From a virus (taxonomy: Duplodnaviria > Caudoviricetes): a stretch of DNA of 55,385 nt. Location: IMG/VR virus record IMGVR_UViG_3300046804_004030, positions 1 through 55,385 of that record; one strand, 5' to 3'. Shown here in pieces: positions 1-8,959 of this stretch. Below the pieces are notes generated by a model. That model was not told the DNA's origin. It was given only the letters and a program-made list of their open reading frames with translations, and searched no databases. Each line of letters opens with the position of its first letter. Within the stretch, counting starts at the first letter, position 1. The position numbers and the translations under genes are program-made.

Positions 1-24
1 GGCCCACGGCGCTACCACGTCAAT

Positions 25-234
25 ATGACCTATTTCAAGAAAAGCGGAAAGTTTTACGATGAAGCGTGGATTAGCGTTCCCGGCGACATGGAATTACATC
101 AGATCTGGGAGTTGGTCCGTAGGATGCGCAGCGAAGGAAGGCTGGAGGGCCTTGTAGAAGGCGCTGGCCGGGAATTCATGATTCTCGTCAACGTACCAGG
201 CCATCGCCACGAACACCCTCACCTAATTGTCTGA
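25..234 (+). CDS. hypothetical phage protein (may start upstream of the window)
   Basis: ORF whose stop overlaps the next start (TGATG). Confidence 0.5.
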   Translation: MTYFKKSGKFYDEAWISVPGDMELHQIWELVRRMRSEGRLEGLVEGAGREFMILVNVPGHRHEHPHLIV

Positions 235-554
235 TGACAGAAATTACCCCCAAAACCTGGAGCGTATCACTTCTTGCAAGAGAAATCGAAAACGCTTCTG
301 CTGGTTCAGAAAACTTCAACACCGTCTTGGTCCACCCCGAAATCATTGAAAGGGATTTCAAGCTGTGTTGCAAAGAAGAGCGTGAGTATGACTGGAGATC
401 GCTGTCTCCCACTTATAGAGTTACGTGCAAAAAAGGGCTGTGGATGGTAGAGGGCGCCGATCAGGAATATGTCAAAAGTCAGGCAAGGCACTATTTCATC
501 CAGTACTGGCCTGATGGCGAGTATGACGACATTCTCGATGCCGTGGAGGAGTAA
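234..554 (+). CDS. hypothetical phage protein
   Basis: 106-aa ORF in a tightly packed + strand operon. Confidence 0.6.
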   Translation: MTEITPKTWSVSLLAREIENASAGSENFNTVLVHPEIIERDFKLCCKEEREYDWRSLSPTYRVTCKKGLWMVEGADQEYVKSQARHYFIQYWPDGEYDDILDAVEE

Positions 555-555
555 G

Positions 556-768
556 GTGTCCAAAGTTAATTGCTCTTGCTGTGGCAAGCAGATCGTCGAG
601 TATCAGGTTCCACGGTATGACAAATATTGCGCACCGGCCAAAAATGCAAAGCCTCTCGGCACCGGCAGATGGTGTTGCGGCTACTGCGGAGAAGACCTTG
701 ATGAACACGGATTATTTCCCGAGGAAAAGCATCTAGCCTATGAGCTTTATGGACTGCCACTGTCATGA
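556..768 (+). CDS. small Zn-ribbon-like protein
   Basis: GTG start just after the upstream stop; CSCC...CGYC cysteine pairs; ATGA overlap with next gene. Confidence 0.55.
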   Translation: MSKVNCSCCGKQIVEYQVPRYDKYCAPAKNAKPLGTGRWCCGYCGEDLDEHGLFPEEKHLAYELYGLPLS

Positions 769-1121
769 GAGTCATCATCGCCGGATCTCGCGACATCGCT
801 GATCCACGGGCACTACAAGCTGCCCTGCAGGAAGTTGACTGGCGAATCACGCAGGTCGTCTGTGGCATGGCCCGTGGTGCCGACAAGCTCGGATACGACT
901 GGGCCAAAGCCAATAACATTCCGATCGCCGAGTTTCCTGCAGACTGGAATCGGTATGGCAAAAGTGCTGGCCACAGGCGCAATGCCGAGATGGCCAAAAA
1001 TGCTGATGCGTTGCTCGCGCTATGGGATGGTCAAAGTCGCGGCACGAACAACATGATCTATCTCGCTGCCTGCCACAACCTAAAGGTTCACATCTTTAAT
1101 CCATTTGACAGAGAAAAATGA
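765..1121 (+). CDS. SLOG-superfamily (DUF2493/YspA-like) nucleotide-binding protein
   Basis: Motifs RVIIAGSRD, VVCGMARGAD, FPADWNRYGKSAGHRRNAEM, LWDGQSRGT. Confidence 0.85.
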   Translation: MRVIIAGSRDIADPRALQAALQEVDWRITQVVCGMARGADKLGYDWAKANNIPIAEFPADWNRYGKSAGHRRNAEMAKNADALLALWDGQSRGTNNMIYLAACHNLKVHIFNPFDREK

Positions 1122-1381
1122 TGAATCGAGTTCAGGTCCTACTGCCAAGGCCGATTCCATTTACGGAGCGCCAGCCAAGCCTTGCTGATTGCGACCAAAG
1201 CGGCAAGGTATGGGTTGGTCATTGGAACAGATCTATCAGTCATAATAGGTGGATATGGACACTGATTGATCTGGGGAAGCTTGAAATATGGAGATCGTCA
1301 ATGCTGGCGACTCATTTTACGCCTGGCTTTACACGAGCGCTGCCGACAACACTCTTCAATCCGTTTGGCAACAAGGAATGA
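1118..1381 (+). CDS. hypothetical protein, PIP..ER.P / THW.P modular family
   Basis: RPIPFTERQPSLADCD...THFTP...ALP resembles the C-termini of 6043..6723 and 28757..29377. Confidence 0.6.
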   Translation: MMNRVQVLLPRPIPFTERQPSLADCDQSGKVWVGHWNRSISHNRWIWTLIDLGKLEIWRSSMLATHFTPGFTRALPTTLFNPFGNKE

Positions 1382-1641
1382 TGGCTCGTCTTATTGAATT
1401 TCAGGTTCAGCACGTTTATGCCATCGGCAGTCGGCGGCGCGAATGTCATGGTCACGGAGATTATTCCGATGAGCTTGCTATTCGCCAGTGCGTAACTAGC
1501 AACTGGCCCGCTTGTGATTTTGCGCCTTTGTTTGCGAGCGAAGAGGCTGCATGGAAATGGATCAGGCATAATCCGCAATTTGGACCTGGGCTAGAACCTG
1601 TCAGACTAAGCTACATTGCTACAGTTGATAAAGAGGAATGA
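1378..1641 (+). CDS. hypothetical protein
   Basis: ATGA overlaps at both ends. Confidence 0.55.
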   Translation: MMARLIEFQVQHVYAIGSRRRECHGHGDYSDELAIRQCVTSNWPACDFAPLFASEEAAWKWIRHNPQFGPGLEPVRLSYIATVDKEE

Positions 1642-1862
1642 CTATGGCCCTTATGCGTGATGTCCTTGGCGACCTAGAGTCATTCGCTAGGGATGATGTA
1701 ATGCCGGTCGCTATCGAGCTTGGCGCAGCTGAATACGAAGAGGGCATCCAAGACTACTTGATTCAAGAGCTTTCAGGTGTAAGTCTTTTATTTGGCTTTG
1801 TCGTAAGTCAAAGAGAAGGCGTACAAAGTGGAAGGTTCTATCTGTTTAGCGAGAGAAATTAA
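1638..1862 (+). CDS. hypothetical protein
   Basis: AAGAGGA upstream; operon packing. Confidence 0.55.
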   Translation: MTMALMRDVLGDLESFARDDVMPVAIELGAAEYEEGIQDYLIQELSGVSLLFGFVVSQREGVQSGRFYLFSERN

Positions 1863-1864
1863 CC

Positions 1865-2110
1865 ATGGAAATCATTCAAACCATCATCGAAGATCTCAAG
1901 TTTTATCAAGAAATGGACCTCACGCCAACCGAAATACTTTTCGGAGAAAAGGCGTGGAGGGAAGTGATGCAAGAGGCTGCGAGCCGCTCTTTGTTTCTTT
2001 TTGATGCCAGCAATGTTCAGGGCGGCAAGCTTTTTGGCGTGAACGTCAGACTTGAGCCTAAATTTGCCCCATGGGCAAGAAGCTACAGATTTAAGGAAGC
2101 CCTTGGCTGA
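1865..2110 (+). CDS. hypothetical protein
   Basis: Last gene of the + operon, converging on the tRNA. Confidence 0.55.
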   Translation: MEIIQTIIEDLKFYQEMDLTPTEILFGEKAWREVMQEAASRSLFLFDASNVQGGKLFGVNVRLEPKFAPWARSYRFKEALG

Positions 2111-2117
2111 AAATAAA

Positions 2118-2189
2118 CACCCCCGGTTGGATTTGAACCAACGTAAGACTTCTTAGAAGGAAGTTGCAAGTCCGCTTTGCGACGGGGGC
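2118..2189 (-). tRNA. tRNA-Arg(UCU), CCA not encoded
   Basis: Minus strand folds: acceptor GCCCCCG/CGGGGGT, D-stem GCAA/TTGC, anticodon stem ACTTC/GAAGT with loop CT-TCT-AA, T-arm GTTGG-TTCAAAT-CCAAC. Confidence 0.92.
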
Positions 2190-2223
2190 ATAAAAATGAG
2201 CCTATCGCACAGGCTCAAGCATG

Positions 2224-2568
2224 TCAAGCCTTGTCGGTGTCGCGCAGGAATCGCTCTTGCACGGCATCGGCCGCTTCTTGCAGGCCTGCATCCACCAAAA
2301 ACTGATGGATTCTGGTGGTTTGCTGCTGGCCACCCCAGGCTGCTGCGAGATCCGCGACGTCTTGAAAAGCTGTTTTGCTGGGGTACAGGGCATGAACATT
2401 ATCCCGCCAGCGCAACACCAGCTCATACGACGGAGCTGGTGATCCATTAACGAAGAAAGCTGAAGACATCGCCTGCAGTGCAGACATCCGGCCTTTTTGC
2501 CAGGCAAGCGCAAGTGCAGAATAGCGCTCGTATGGACACTGATCGCCTTCTGTTCTAATGTCGTCCAT
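2224..2568 (-). CDS. hypothetical protein
   Basis: 114-aa ORF codirectional with neighbours. Confidence 0.5.
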   Translation of the reverse strand: MDDIRTEGDQCPYERYSALALAWQKGRMSALQAMSSAFFVNGSPAPSYELVLRWRDNVHALYPSKTAFQDVADLAAAWGGQQQTTRIHQFLVDAGLQEAADAVQERFLRDTDKA

Positions 2569-2597
2569 TGTTTTGTGTGGTAATTTTTATTGATAGG

Positions 2598-3227
2598 TCA
2601 ATCCGTAAACTGCTCCCAGTCGTGAATCCACTGTTCGGGCTTGTAGACAGTCGTGTGAACCCACAATCTTGCGAGTTCTTGATGGGTGTAGTCAAAGCCC
2701 ATCAGTAGCTCGCGAAATTCCTGCTCGTGCTCATCAGGTACAAATTGCATCAGCCGATTCAGGGCCTTGGTTCGATCCCCCAGTACCTCCGCGTGCTGCT
2801 GCACCATCCGCCGCCAGCGGCTGCACAGCGCCTTCAGGGCCTTGTGGGGCACCGTCAGGGCTTCTGGAACGTCCTTCCGGCCCAGGTAGCAGGCGATCAG
2901 ATCGACCGCATCCCATGGCCTGCCGGCGCTGTTCAGGATCGGCCTGGAGTCCTCCACCCGCTTCCGGGTCAGCTCGTCGGTGATCGAGCCGTAATCGCGC
3001 TCATGCAAGCGCCTGAACAACTCCTCAAACTGCAGGAAACTTGCAAATCGCAGCTCACCGGACTTGCCAGATTCAATCACTGACCAGTTACCGTAGCTGA
3101 TCGTATCAAAGCCAGCTTGTCTGGCCCAGTAATAGGCTGTGTACTGCGTCCAGCCTTGCTGAATCCGCCAGTTGCGGATCATGGAGCCAAAACGCTCCTT
3201 GTTTGCTTGGATTTCAGCTTCAGTCAT
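2598..3227 (-). CDS. XRE/HTH_3-like DNA-binding protein
   Basis: FGSMIRNWRIQQGWTQ...ISYGNWSVIESGK matches the XRE helix-turn-helix pattern. Confidence 0.65.
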   Translation of the reverse strand: MTEAEIQANKERFGSMIRNWRIQQGWTQYTAYYWARQAGFDTISYGNWSVIESGKSGELRFASFLQFEELFRRLHERDYGSITDELTRKRVEDSRPILNSAGRPWDAVDLIACYLGRKDVPEALTVPHKALKALCSRWRRMVQQHAEVLGDRTKALNRLMQFVPDEHEQEFRELLMGFDYTHQELARLWVHTTVYKPEQWIHDWEQFTD

Positions 3228-3918
3228 TTTGGTATTTTACTCCATGGTTATCTGGGATCATGACAAGTTCAGTTTTTTCGTGTAAGTCACTGAGCGGCAC
3301 AAAACCGGCTCCGTCCCAGATACCAAATCCAAGCCCACGCTCGCCTGTATCTGGATTTGTGTAAAGACGGGCAAGTGATTTCATTGGTTCGTGTGGCGAA
3401 GAAACCCAGTAGAAACCATCTTCAAGCTCGTAGATGGGATTTTCTTCGTCAGACCCTGCTTCTTTAAGCTTGCGCAGGGCATCCTCCGCAGCATCCACCC
3501 TTTCAAGTAGCTCGTTGGTGCACCTAAAAAGTACATCTTTGACATACGCAAGCTGATTATGCGTATCAACAAGACAAGATGCAATTGATTCAATTGTGTG
3601 TCTATTTCCGTTCGGCCGAGTAGATACGGAAACCAGTCTAACCGTGTTCCAATCCAAATCGGATGCCTCTTCAAGCGGCTCTTGTTCATTCATTTGGTTT
3701 GGCTCCATCTTGCTTTTTGTTGCCGATTGGCCATCAAGTTCATTGGCAATGTCAAAAATAAGTTCCCCGTCGTGATCGCTGATCATATTCGGCGCTAGTA
3801 CGCGAAGCGCAGCTGCAAGCTTGTCCCCATAGTCAATGAAGACGCCAGCTTCTTCCAGATTAAAGGCTTCCCAGATCTTGTTCGCAAGGTTGCTGAGGGG
3901 CTTTTTGTTGTTAGTCAT
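3220..3918 (-). CDS. hypothetical multi-module protein (start taken at MTNNKKP)
   Basis: N-terminal LS..A..I..A / AAALR / IA.EL module shared with 30417..30632; start overlaps upstream stop. Confidence 0.55.
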   Translation of the reverse strand: MTNNKKPLSNLANKIWEAFNLEEAGVFIDYGDKLAAALRVLAPNMISDHDGELIFDIANELDGQSATKSKMEPNQMNEQEPLEEASDLDWNTVRLVSVSTRPNGNRHTIESIASCLVDTHNQLAYVKDVLFRCTNELLERVDAAEDALRKLKEAGSDEENPIYELEDGFYWVSSPHEPMKSLARLYTNPDTGERGLGFGIWDGAGFVPLSDLHEKTELVMIPDNHGVKYQND

Positions 3919-4291
3919 TGTTGAGTTCCTCAAGCTTTGTTTTTGCAAGCGCCATGCCTCGGCGTGACTTAGATAGCTGATACTCAAGTATTGCAATGCG
4001 TCGTTTCTGTCTTGCAACGTAGGACTCAAGGGCGTCTTTTTCGTTGTCATGAGCGAAGCGTTTACGGGCTTTTGCAAGTATGAACTTGAACTTTGGCCGC
4101 CAATACCAGCTTTGCGGTGAAATCCATGCGCCTTTCGGAGTGATAGAAGTGACGACGTACTCTTCTTTTGAAAGAGCAACGCGGCCAGTACCATCATCCA
4201 TGTCGCCATCGTAATCATGAGACGCGTAGACGACCTCTCTATATCTAAAGAGGATCTGTTTTTCTGTGAATTGAGGGTTTTCTTCAGCCAT
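3911..4291 (-). CDS. hypothetical protein
   Basis: GGGAG upstream of MAEENP; overlaps neighbours. Confidence 0.6.
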   Translation of the reverse strand: MAEENPQFTEKQILFRYREVVYASHDYDGDMDDGTGRVALSKEEYVVTSITPKGAWISPQSWYWRPKFKFILAKARKRFAHDNEKDALESYVARQKRRIAILEYQLSKSRRGMALAKTKLEELNND

Positions 4292-4541
4292 CTCCCTTCT
4301 CCATGTGTCGCGCAATGCAAAGCAGATCAGGCGCGTAAATACATCCCATTGAGTTTTGGCATTGATTAACTGCTTCGCGTAGCGCTGCGGCAATCATTTC
4401 CTCTTGGGAGACCTCCCTGTTGCGAAAATCCGCCAATTCACAAGCAGCTGTAATAATGGCCTCCGCTTTGCGCTTAATCATTGCTCTTGCGGCGCGTGTT
4501 ACCCAGTCAGTCATTGGATCAGTCATCGGGGAGCGAGTCAA
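4284..4541 (-). CDS. hypothetical protein, AAALR module family
   Basis: IAAALREA...IARHME similar to 30417 and 7312 ORFs. Confidence 0.55.
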   Translation of the reverse strand: MTRSPMTDPMTDWVTRAARAMIKRKAEAIITAACELADFRNREVSQEEMIAAALREAVNQCQNSMGCIYAPDLLCIARHMEKGDG

Positions 4542-4890
4542 TGAGTGCGCGAAGCTTGTTGTAAGCCTCTTGTTTTTCGTGCATGGTCAGATTGTGATAG
4601 ATGCCGGCATCAAGAAGATTGCGGGCCTCGTACTTTGTTGGCAATAATTTTGGTGCAAGAATTGCGCGAAGCTGTTTGACAAGGAAATGCTTGTCTATCA
4701 GTCTCGGATCGCCGGTTGCTGCTCGATCGGAATAGGCTTCCCGTATTAGGTCAAGGCAAGCGTTAAGCATCTGATTGGCGCCCCATTGAGCAGCCTTGAT
4801 CAAGATCAGATCAACACAGTCGCCATTAGTCTTTAGCTCTTGGCACCAGTTATGGATTTTGTCGGGAGGAGGCGTGATTGGATGAGTCAT
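4519..4890 (-). CDS. hypothetical protein, HPITPPP/AAQWGA family
   Basis: MTHPITPPP...AAQWGANQMLNAC...SLPDD; paralogous to 4922..5221. Confidence 0.65.
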   Translation of the reverse strand: MTHPITPPPDKIHNWCQELKTNGDCVDLILIKAAQWGANQMLNACLDLIREAYSDRAATGDPRLIDKHFLVKQLRAILAPKLLPTKYEARNLLDAGIYHNLTMHEKQEAYNKLRALIDSLPDD

Positions 4891-4921
4891 GATTTTGAAT
4901 TAACAGGGATGGTGGCGGTGA

Positions 4922-5221
4922 TTAGTCGCCTGGCAGGGCTTCCAGTGCCTCCTGGATGTCGTCAAAGTCTTCATCGCTGCCGACACCAAGCTTGACGCGA
5001 TCAAGAAGTGCGATAAGCGCACGTTGCTTCAGGCTTGGCTGCCTGCACTTTTTTCGCATCAATCTGGCTGCACCACGGGAGACGTAGAGCGACACGTGCT
5101 CACAGCATCTATCAAGCTGCCAGTCGGCCACCTCCTTGACGACATCTTGGCAGCTGGACGCCTGATGCGACCATTTCTGGATTAGCTGTTCAGGTGGATA
5201 GCTGTTGTTCGATTGAGTCAT
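4922..5221 (-). CDS. hypothetical protein, paralogue of 4519..4890
   Basis: YPPEQLIQKW...ADWQLDRCC...PSLKQRAL...ALPGD. Confidence 0.65.
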   Translation of the reverse strand: MTQSNNSYPPEQLIQKWSHQASSCQDVVKEVADWQLDRCCEHVSLYVSRGAARLMRKKCRQPSLKQRALIALLDRVKLGVGSDEDFDDIQEALEALPGD

Positions 5222-5252
5222 GACTTGGTTTTGTGGATTTGCGTTGATTCGG

Positions 5253-5576
5253 TCAGTCTTTCATCGGCCAGCCCATTTTGATAAGCGCCTCATTGAGTGA
5301 ATTGCCATCATACCAGACATTTGCAAGCCAGCGACCGAAGGAATCCTTGCGGACGGTATGGACGATGATTTCATTGGCAGGCCACAGGCGAGATGCGGTG
5401 GCATGGGTGGCTCCAACGTATCCAGCTTCTCCCTTTTCGGGAGTGTCAACGCCAAGCAGCCGTAAGCGCTGCCTGGTCCTGATCTTGTCAAATCCGAGGT
5501 CAATGTCAACGTCAATCGTGTCGCCATCAATAACGCGCACAAGCTCGACGCGGTAGTGGTAAAGCTTTTCGTTCAC
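5253..5576 (-). CDS. thermonuclease (staphylococcal nuclease-like)
   Basis: RVIDGDT, RLRLLGVDTPE, KDSFGRWLA, SLNEALI motifs. Confidence 0.9.
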   Translation of the reverse strand: MNEKLYHYRVELVRVIDGDTIDVDIDLGFDKIRTRQRLRLLGVDTPEKGEAGYVGATHATASRLWPANEIIVHTVRKDSFGRWLANVWYDGNSLNEALIKMGWPMKD

Positions 5577-5788
5577 GGTTCTACCTCAAGATAAATTCCA
5601 TGATTGAAATGCCGTGGCCTAGCGGGCTCCCTGCGAGGAAGATCAAACACTTCCTTGCCGTAAATAAGCTCTGACGAAACCTGGATAGAATCAACTGCCA
5701 AGCCAGTCTTAGCAGAAAAATCGTCCATGGCTTTTTTGATCGCTCTTTCGAGCAGCCGCTTTTCTTCTTTTGCCTGCTGGATGTCCAT
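5573..5788 (-). CDS. hypothetical protein
   Basis: GTGA overlap with the nuclease gene. Confidence 0.55.
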   Translation of the reverse strand: MDIQQAKEEKRLLERAIKKAMDDFSAKTGLAVDSIQVSSELIYGKEVFDLPRREPARPRHFNHGIYLEVEP

Positions 5789-5794
5789 AATGCT

Positions 5795-6046
5795 TCAGAT
5801 CAATTTAATTTCAGTGATGGCTCCCGTGTCTTGATTGACAAAGGAAAGCCGTTGGTTGGTTTCTTCGCAGCGCTTGGCCATCAAATAAATGGCAATGCCC
5901 TTGCGAATACTGTCTGACATACTGATGCCATACTTGTTCTTCAATTCACGCAATGCAGAAATGGTTGTGCGGCTGGCGCGAAAGTGAATTCGTTCATTAA
6001 GGCGCTTGGTGTCGAGTATTGCTGGAATGTCGTCGTCAGGAATCAT
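5795..6046 (-). CDS. ribbon-helix-helix (CopG-like) protein
   Basis: RIHFRAS...ALRELKNKYGISMSDSIRKGI pattern. Confidence 0.6.
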   Translation of the reverse strand: MIPDDDIPAILDTKRLNERIHFRASRTTISALRELKNKYGISMSDSIRKGIAIYLMAKRCEETNQRLSFVNQDTGAITEIKLI

Positions 6047-6723
6047 TTGTTTTCCGAGTCTTTTTGAGGAATAGGCAGCGCCCAGTGGGGGAGCCAATGA
6101 GTCCACTCATCGAACACGTAGTAGTTCTCGGGCGGATAAATCAACTCCCAGCACTCCGCACCTTGCTGCCAATGCCAGCACTCACCCCTACCAGTTGTGC
6201 AATCCTTCTCCTCTGGCTTTCGCTCGCCCAATGGGATAGGGGCGATGGCGGGGCGGCCCCAGCGGGCAATGGCTCGTTGAATCAGGTCGAGAAGTGCATC
6301 GTCCTCATGGCGCCACTCGGTCGGAGCAATGACAACTCCCCAAGTTCTGTCATTGCGCAACCACTGCAGGATCTCCTCATACGTCGGCCCCACCGGCTCC
6401 AGCTGTGCCACCTCAGCAGCATTTAACGCAGCAATCACATCTTCAATCGGCTGCATCACGCCATCTTTCAGGATGGCAGCACCGTCCCCGCAGACACCTT
6501 CTGTCCAGATGGGGCGCTCTGTTGACTCGGGTTGAGCATTTGTATCATGTAGATACTCTTCAACGGCTTCCTTTGTAGCTAAAAATCCGTTCATTGTTGC
6601 TGACTCTGGTGCGCGGGCCTGCAAGGCAGCAATAGCTTCGGCTTCAATATGCGGTGGAACGCTGTTGCCAGTTTTGTGAGCGTGGATGTAGATGGACAGG
6701 TAGTAGGCGGGATCAGTGGTCAT
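6043..6723 (-). CDS. modular hypothetical protein with C-terminal ARWGRPAI/THWLP module (DUF551-like)
   Basis: ARWGRPAIAPIPLGERKP...ECWHW...THWLPHWALP. Confidence 0.65.
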   Translation of the reverse strand: MTTDPAYYLSIYIHAHKTGNSVPPHIEAEAIAALQARAPESATMNGFLATKEAVEEYLHDTNAQPESTERPIWTEGVCGDGAAILKDGVMQPIEDVIAALNAAEVAQLEPVGPTYEEILQWLRNDRTWGVVIAPTEWRHEDDALLDLIQRAIARWGRPAIAPIPLGERKPEEKDCTTGRGECWHWQQGAECWELIYPPENYYVFDEWTHWLPHWALPIPQKDSENK

Positions 6724-7319
6724 GAGTTGTCGTCAGCAGTTGGAAGTGGAAGCGCCCAAAGTGGCAGCCAGTATTGATAGCCGAATCTACCAATAAGCCG
6801 CCAATGAGTTCGTTTCCAGCAAAGGTGAGCATCAAGCCCCCAGACAAGGCCATCCTCGTCAGCGTCATCTGCTGTAGGCGGCTCTTTGGCGAAAGACCTA
6901 GGTTTTTGCAGCGCGGTTGAGCTGACACGCGGATCAGTTGCAACTTGTACGTCCCAGGCAATCAGGTCATTTAACGCCTTGCGCGGATTTGAGTAATGCT
7001 CTTTTTGCAGTATGTGACTGCAGACAAGTGCATCAATCAATTCAGCTTTCCAAGGATTAAGTTGCTCGGATTCGATAGCAGCGGCGATACCAGCACCCCA
7101 ACCAGCGGCATAGCCCTCTTTGTAAACAAAGAAAGCATCGCCACGGTGGTAAGCGGGGACTTCTAGTTCATCGCAGTCAAGAGTCGGTGGCTCTGGTTTT
7201 GCAAGTTCTGTGCGGGCGCGTAGTAATAGCCCAGCTAAGAGCGGATGACAGGCAATGTCTTCAACAGAATCAAACGCGGCTAAAAGCTCAGCACATAAAG
7301 AACGAAATACATCAGTCAT
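6720..7319 (-). CDS. modular hypothetical protein (FRSLCAEL N-terminus, WLP.WALP C-terminus)
   Basis: Modules shared with 26004..26360 and 6043..6723. Confidence 0.65.
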   Translation of the reverse strand: MTDVFRSLCAELLAAFDSVEDIACHPLLAGLLLRARTELAKPEPPTLDCDELEVPAYHRGDAFFVYKEGYAAGWGAGIAAAIESEQLNPWKAELIDALVCSHILQKEHYSNPRKALNDLIAWDVQVATDPRVSSTALQKPRSFAKEPPTADDADEDGLVWGLDAHLCWKRTHWRLIGRFGYQYWLPLWALPLPTADDNS

Positions 7320-7647
7320 TCGTTTCCTCCGGCTTGTAGGGACCAGTCAGTTGACCGTTTTCATTAATCACACCCATTTCCATCAGGAATTGCTTGGCGG
7401 CAGCTTTATCGCCAGCCAGGGCACGATCCAGCAAGGTCGGGGCTTCAAGCTCAAGTACAAGGTCTTCCAGCGTTGAAACCGGAACACCGGTCAAGCTCTC
7501 GCCTTCGCCATCGCAATAAGCCTGGAAGGCGTAGGCAACATGCCTCAGCACATTGGCAATGCCATGGCGGGTGTCCTCACCCTCTCCAAACTCTTCAATC
7601 AACCGCTGAGCGCGGCTTGTCAGGTGATCAGTGTTGCTGTCGGTCAT
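7312..7647 (-). CDS. hypothetical protein
   Basis: Overlapping operon packing; related to 30417 family. Confidence 0.6.
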   Translation of the reverse strand: MTDSNTDHLTSRAQRLIEEFGEGEDTRHGIANVLRHVAYAFQAYCDGEGESLTGVPVSTLEDLVLELEAPTLLDRALAGDKAAAKQFLMEMGVINENGQLTGPYKPEETND

Positions 7648-7651
7648 TTTG

Positions 7652-7948
7652 TCAAAGAATTGCCGTAGAATGAAATTTCAGGTAATCAAGTGCCTCAATG
7701 TTCTCGGGCTTAAATAGGTTCCACGCCTGATGATCAAAAACAATTGCGGAAAATCTTTGGCCTAAAACTTTTTCTCTTCTCAACCATGACAGCGACCTAA
7801 TCAACAGATCTTCGCGATCAATTCTTTTTGCAAGCTGGCGTGGATAATGCAGATCAACGTTCGGCCATACAAATATGGCGCCTTTGGGAGCGTCTAGCAT
7901 TTGCCGCGTTGTGCGACCGGTTTGGCGATCCACTACATAATCAATCAT
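7652..7948 (-). CDS. hypothetical protein, possible degenerate P-loop fragment
   Basis: RQTGRTT and later IVFDH resemble Walker A/B remnants. Confidence 0.5.
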   Translation of the reverse strand: MIDYVVDRQTGRTTRQMLDAPKGAIFVWPNVDLHYPRQLAKRIDREDLLIRSLSWLRREKVLGQRFSAIVFDHQAWNLFKPENIEALDYLKFHSTAIL

Positions 7949-8160
7949 TTTGCCTCAATACGAAGATCAAGAAAAAGTGCATCCATGGCTGTCACCTTTG
8001 GCCCCGTTGTCAGGCGATTGAAGGCATCAGCCTCCATTTTTGCTGAAAACAGGGTAAAAGCAATGACGCAAGCAAAGAATCCGATTGGGACAAGGATAAA
8101 GCTGTAGGTCAGTGCTTCTTGCCAAAGCCGTTGCAGCTGGCTGTGCTTACGCTCTGTCAT
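7945..8160 (-). CDS. small single-pass membrane protein
   Basis: Hydrophobic FILVPIGFFACVIAFTLF. Confidence 0.55.
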   Translation of the reverse strand: MTERKHSQLQRLWQEALTYSFILVPIGFFACVIAFTLFSAKMEADAFNRLTTGPKVTAMDALFLDLRIEAK

Positions 8161-8829
8161 GCGTTGGTTGCAGGTTGTCCACCGGTTCCCCGGCACCAGA
8201 ATTGTAGCACCTTTTGTCCGCACAGGTGTCCGCACAAATCCGAGGCCCCTCACCCCAAGCGCGGCGGGGACAGACAGGGCATCCCAAGCAGAGATTGACA
8301 GGGGAGTGGTGGCTCTCTGGGCTCCGGGCCTGCTCCTGCACCGGGCAGGTTCTTGCGTCGGCAGGAATCTATAAGACCACGACCGGACAAGTCCTCATGG
8401 AAATACCGGAAAAAATTTCAGCCCAGCACTTCTAGCAATTCCAGAATCTTGAACTTTTTGTTGGTGGGAGCTTTGTGGAAGCTGCCGGGGGTTGTGATGG
8501 CTTATTTGTGATGTGCGTGGGTTCACCAATTAAAGCGAAGCCGAAAATGATGGAGGAGCGTGACAACTTTCAAAACAAAGTGGCTTGTAGCGACTAGGGG
8601 AAAACCGGCGTTGGACTAATTTGTATGTCAAGTAAAATATAAGGAGTCTTTGTGGGAAAGGGGAAAAAACCTCGGAAGGACGGGGTGCCAACTACCGGCT
8701 CCAGGGATACCCCACCCCGGCCAACTTACCGGCCGAAAGTGTAAACTAACGGCCGACTGGTAGTTTACATTTAACGCCTAGTTTCCTGACGAAGCTGCCA
8801 GCTCACAGCGTAAGGTTGCGCAACGATCA

Positions 8830-8925
8830 TAAAAGGAAGGGCGAGTAAAAGGAAGCCGGCAACATTAACGGCGAGACTAGAAAGTTTCACGATAGAAAGG
8901 AAGGTTAGAAAGGAGGATAGAAAGG
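8830..8925. repeat. six TA(G)AAAG(G)-type short repeats
   Basis: Copies at 8830, 8846, 8878, 8893, 8906, 8918. Confidence 0.6.
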
Positions 8926-8945
8926 GAGCCTAAGGTTAGGCTCCC
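8921..8945 (-). terminator. probable intrinsic terminator
   Basis: GGGAGCCTAA/TTAGGCTCCC inverted repeat followed by TTTCT on minus strand, just after the stop of 8960..9658. Confidence 0.65.
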
Positions 8946-8959
8946 GGTTAAGGTTAAGG

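Noticed and set aside
2118-2189. Amber suppressor tRNA (CTA lies in the loop) and stop-codon recoding
   Set aside because: The 7-nt loop CTTCTAA centres on TCT, and recognisable genes are intact in the standard code
3919-4320. N-terminal extension of the 366-aa ORF 3220..4320
   Set aside because: It overlaps the better gene 3911..4291 in another frame; the start at 3918 couples with the upstream stop
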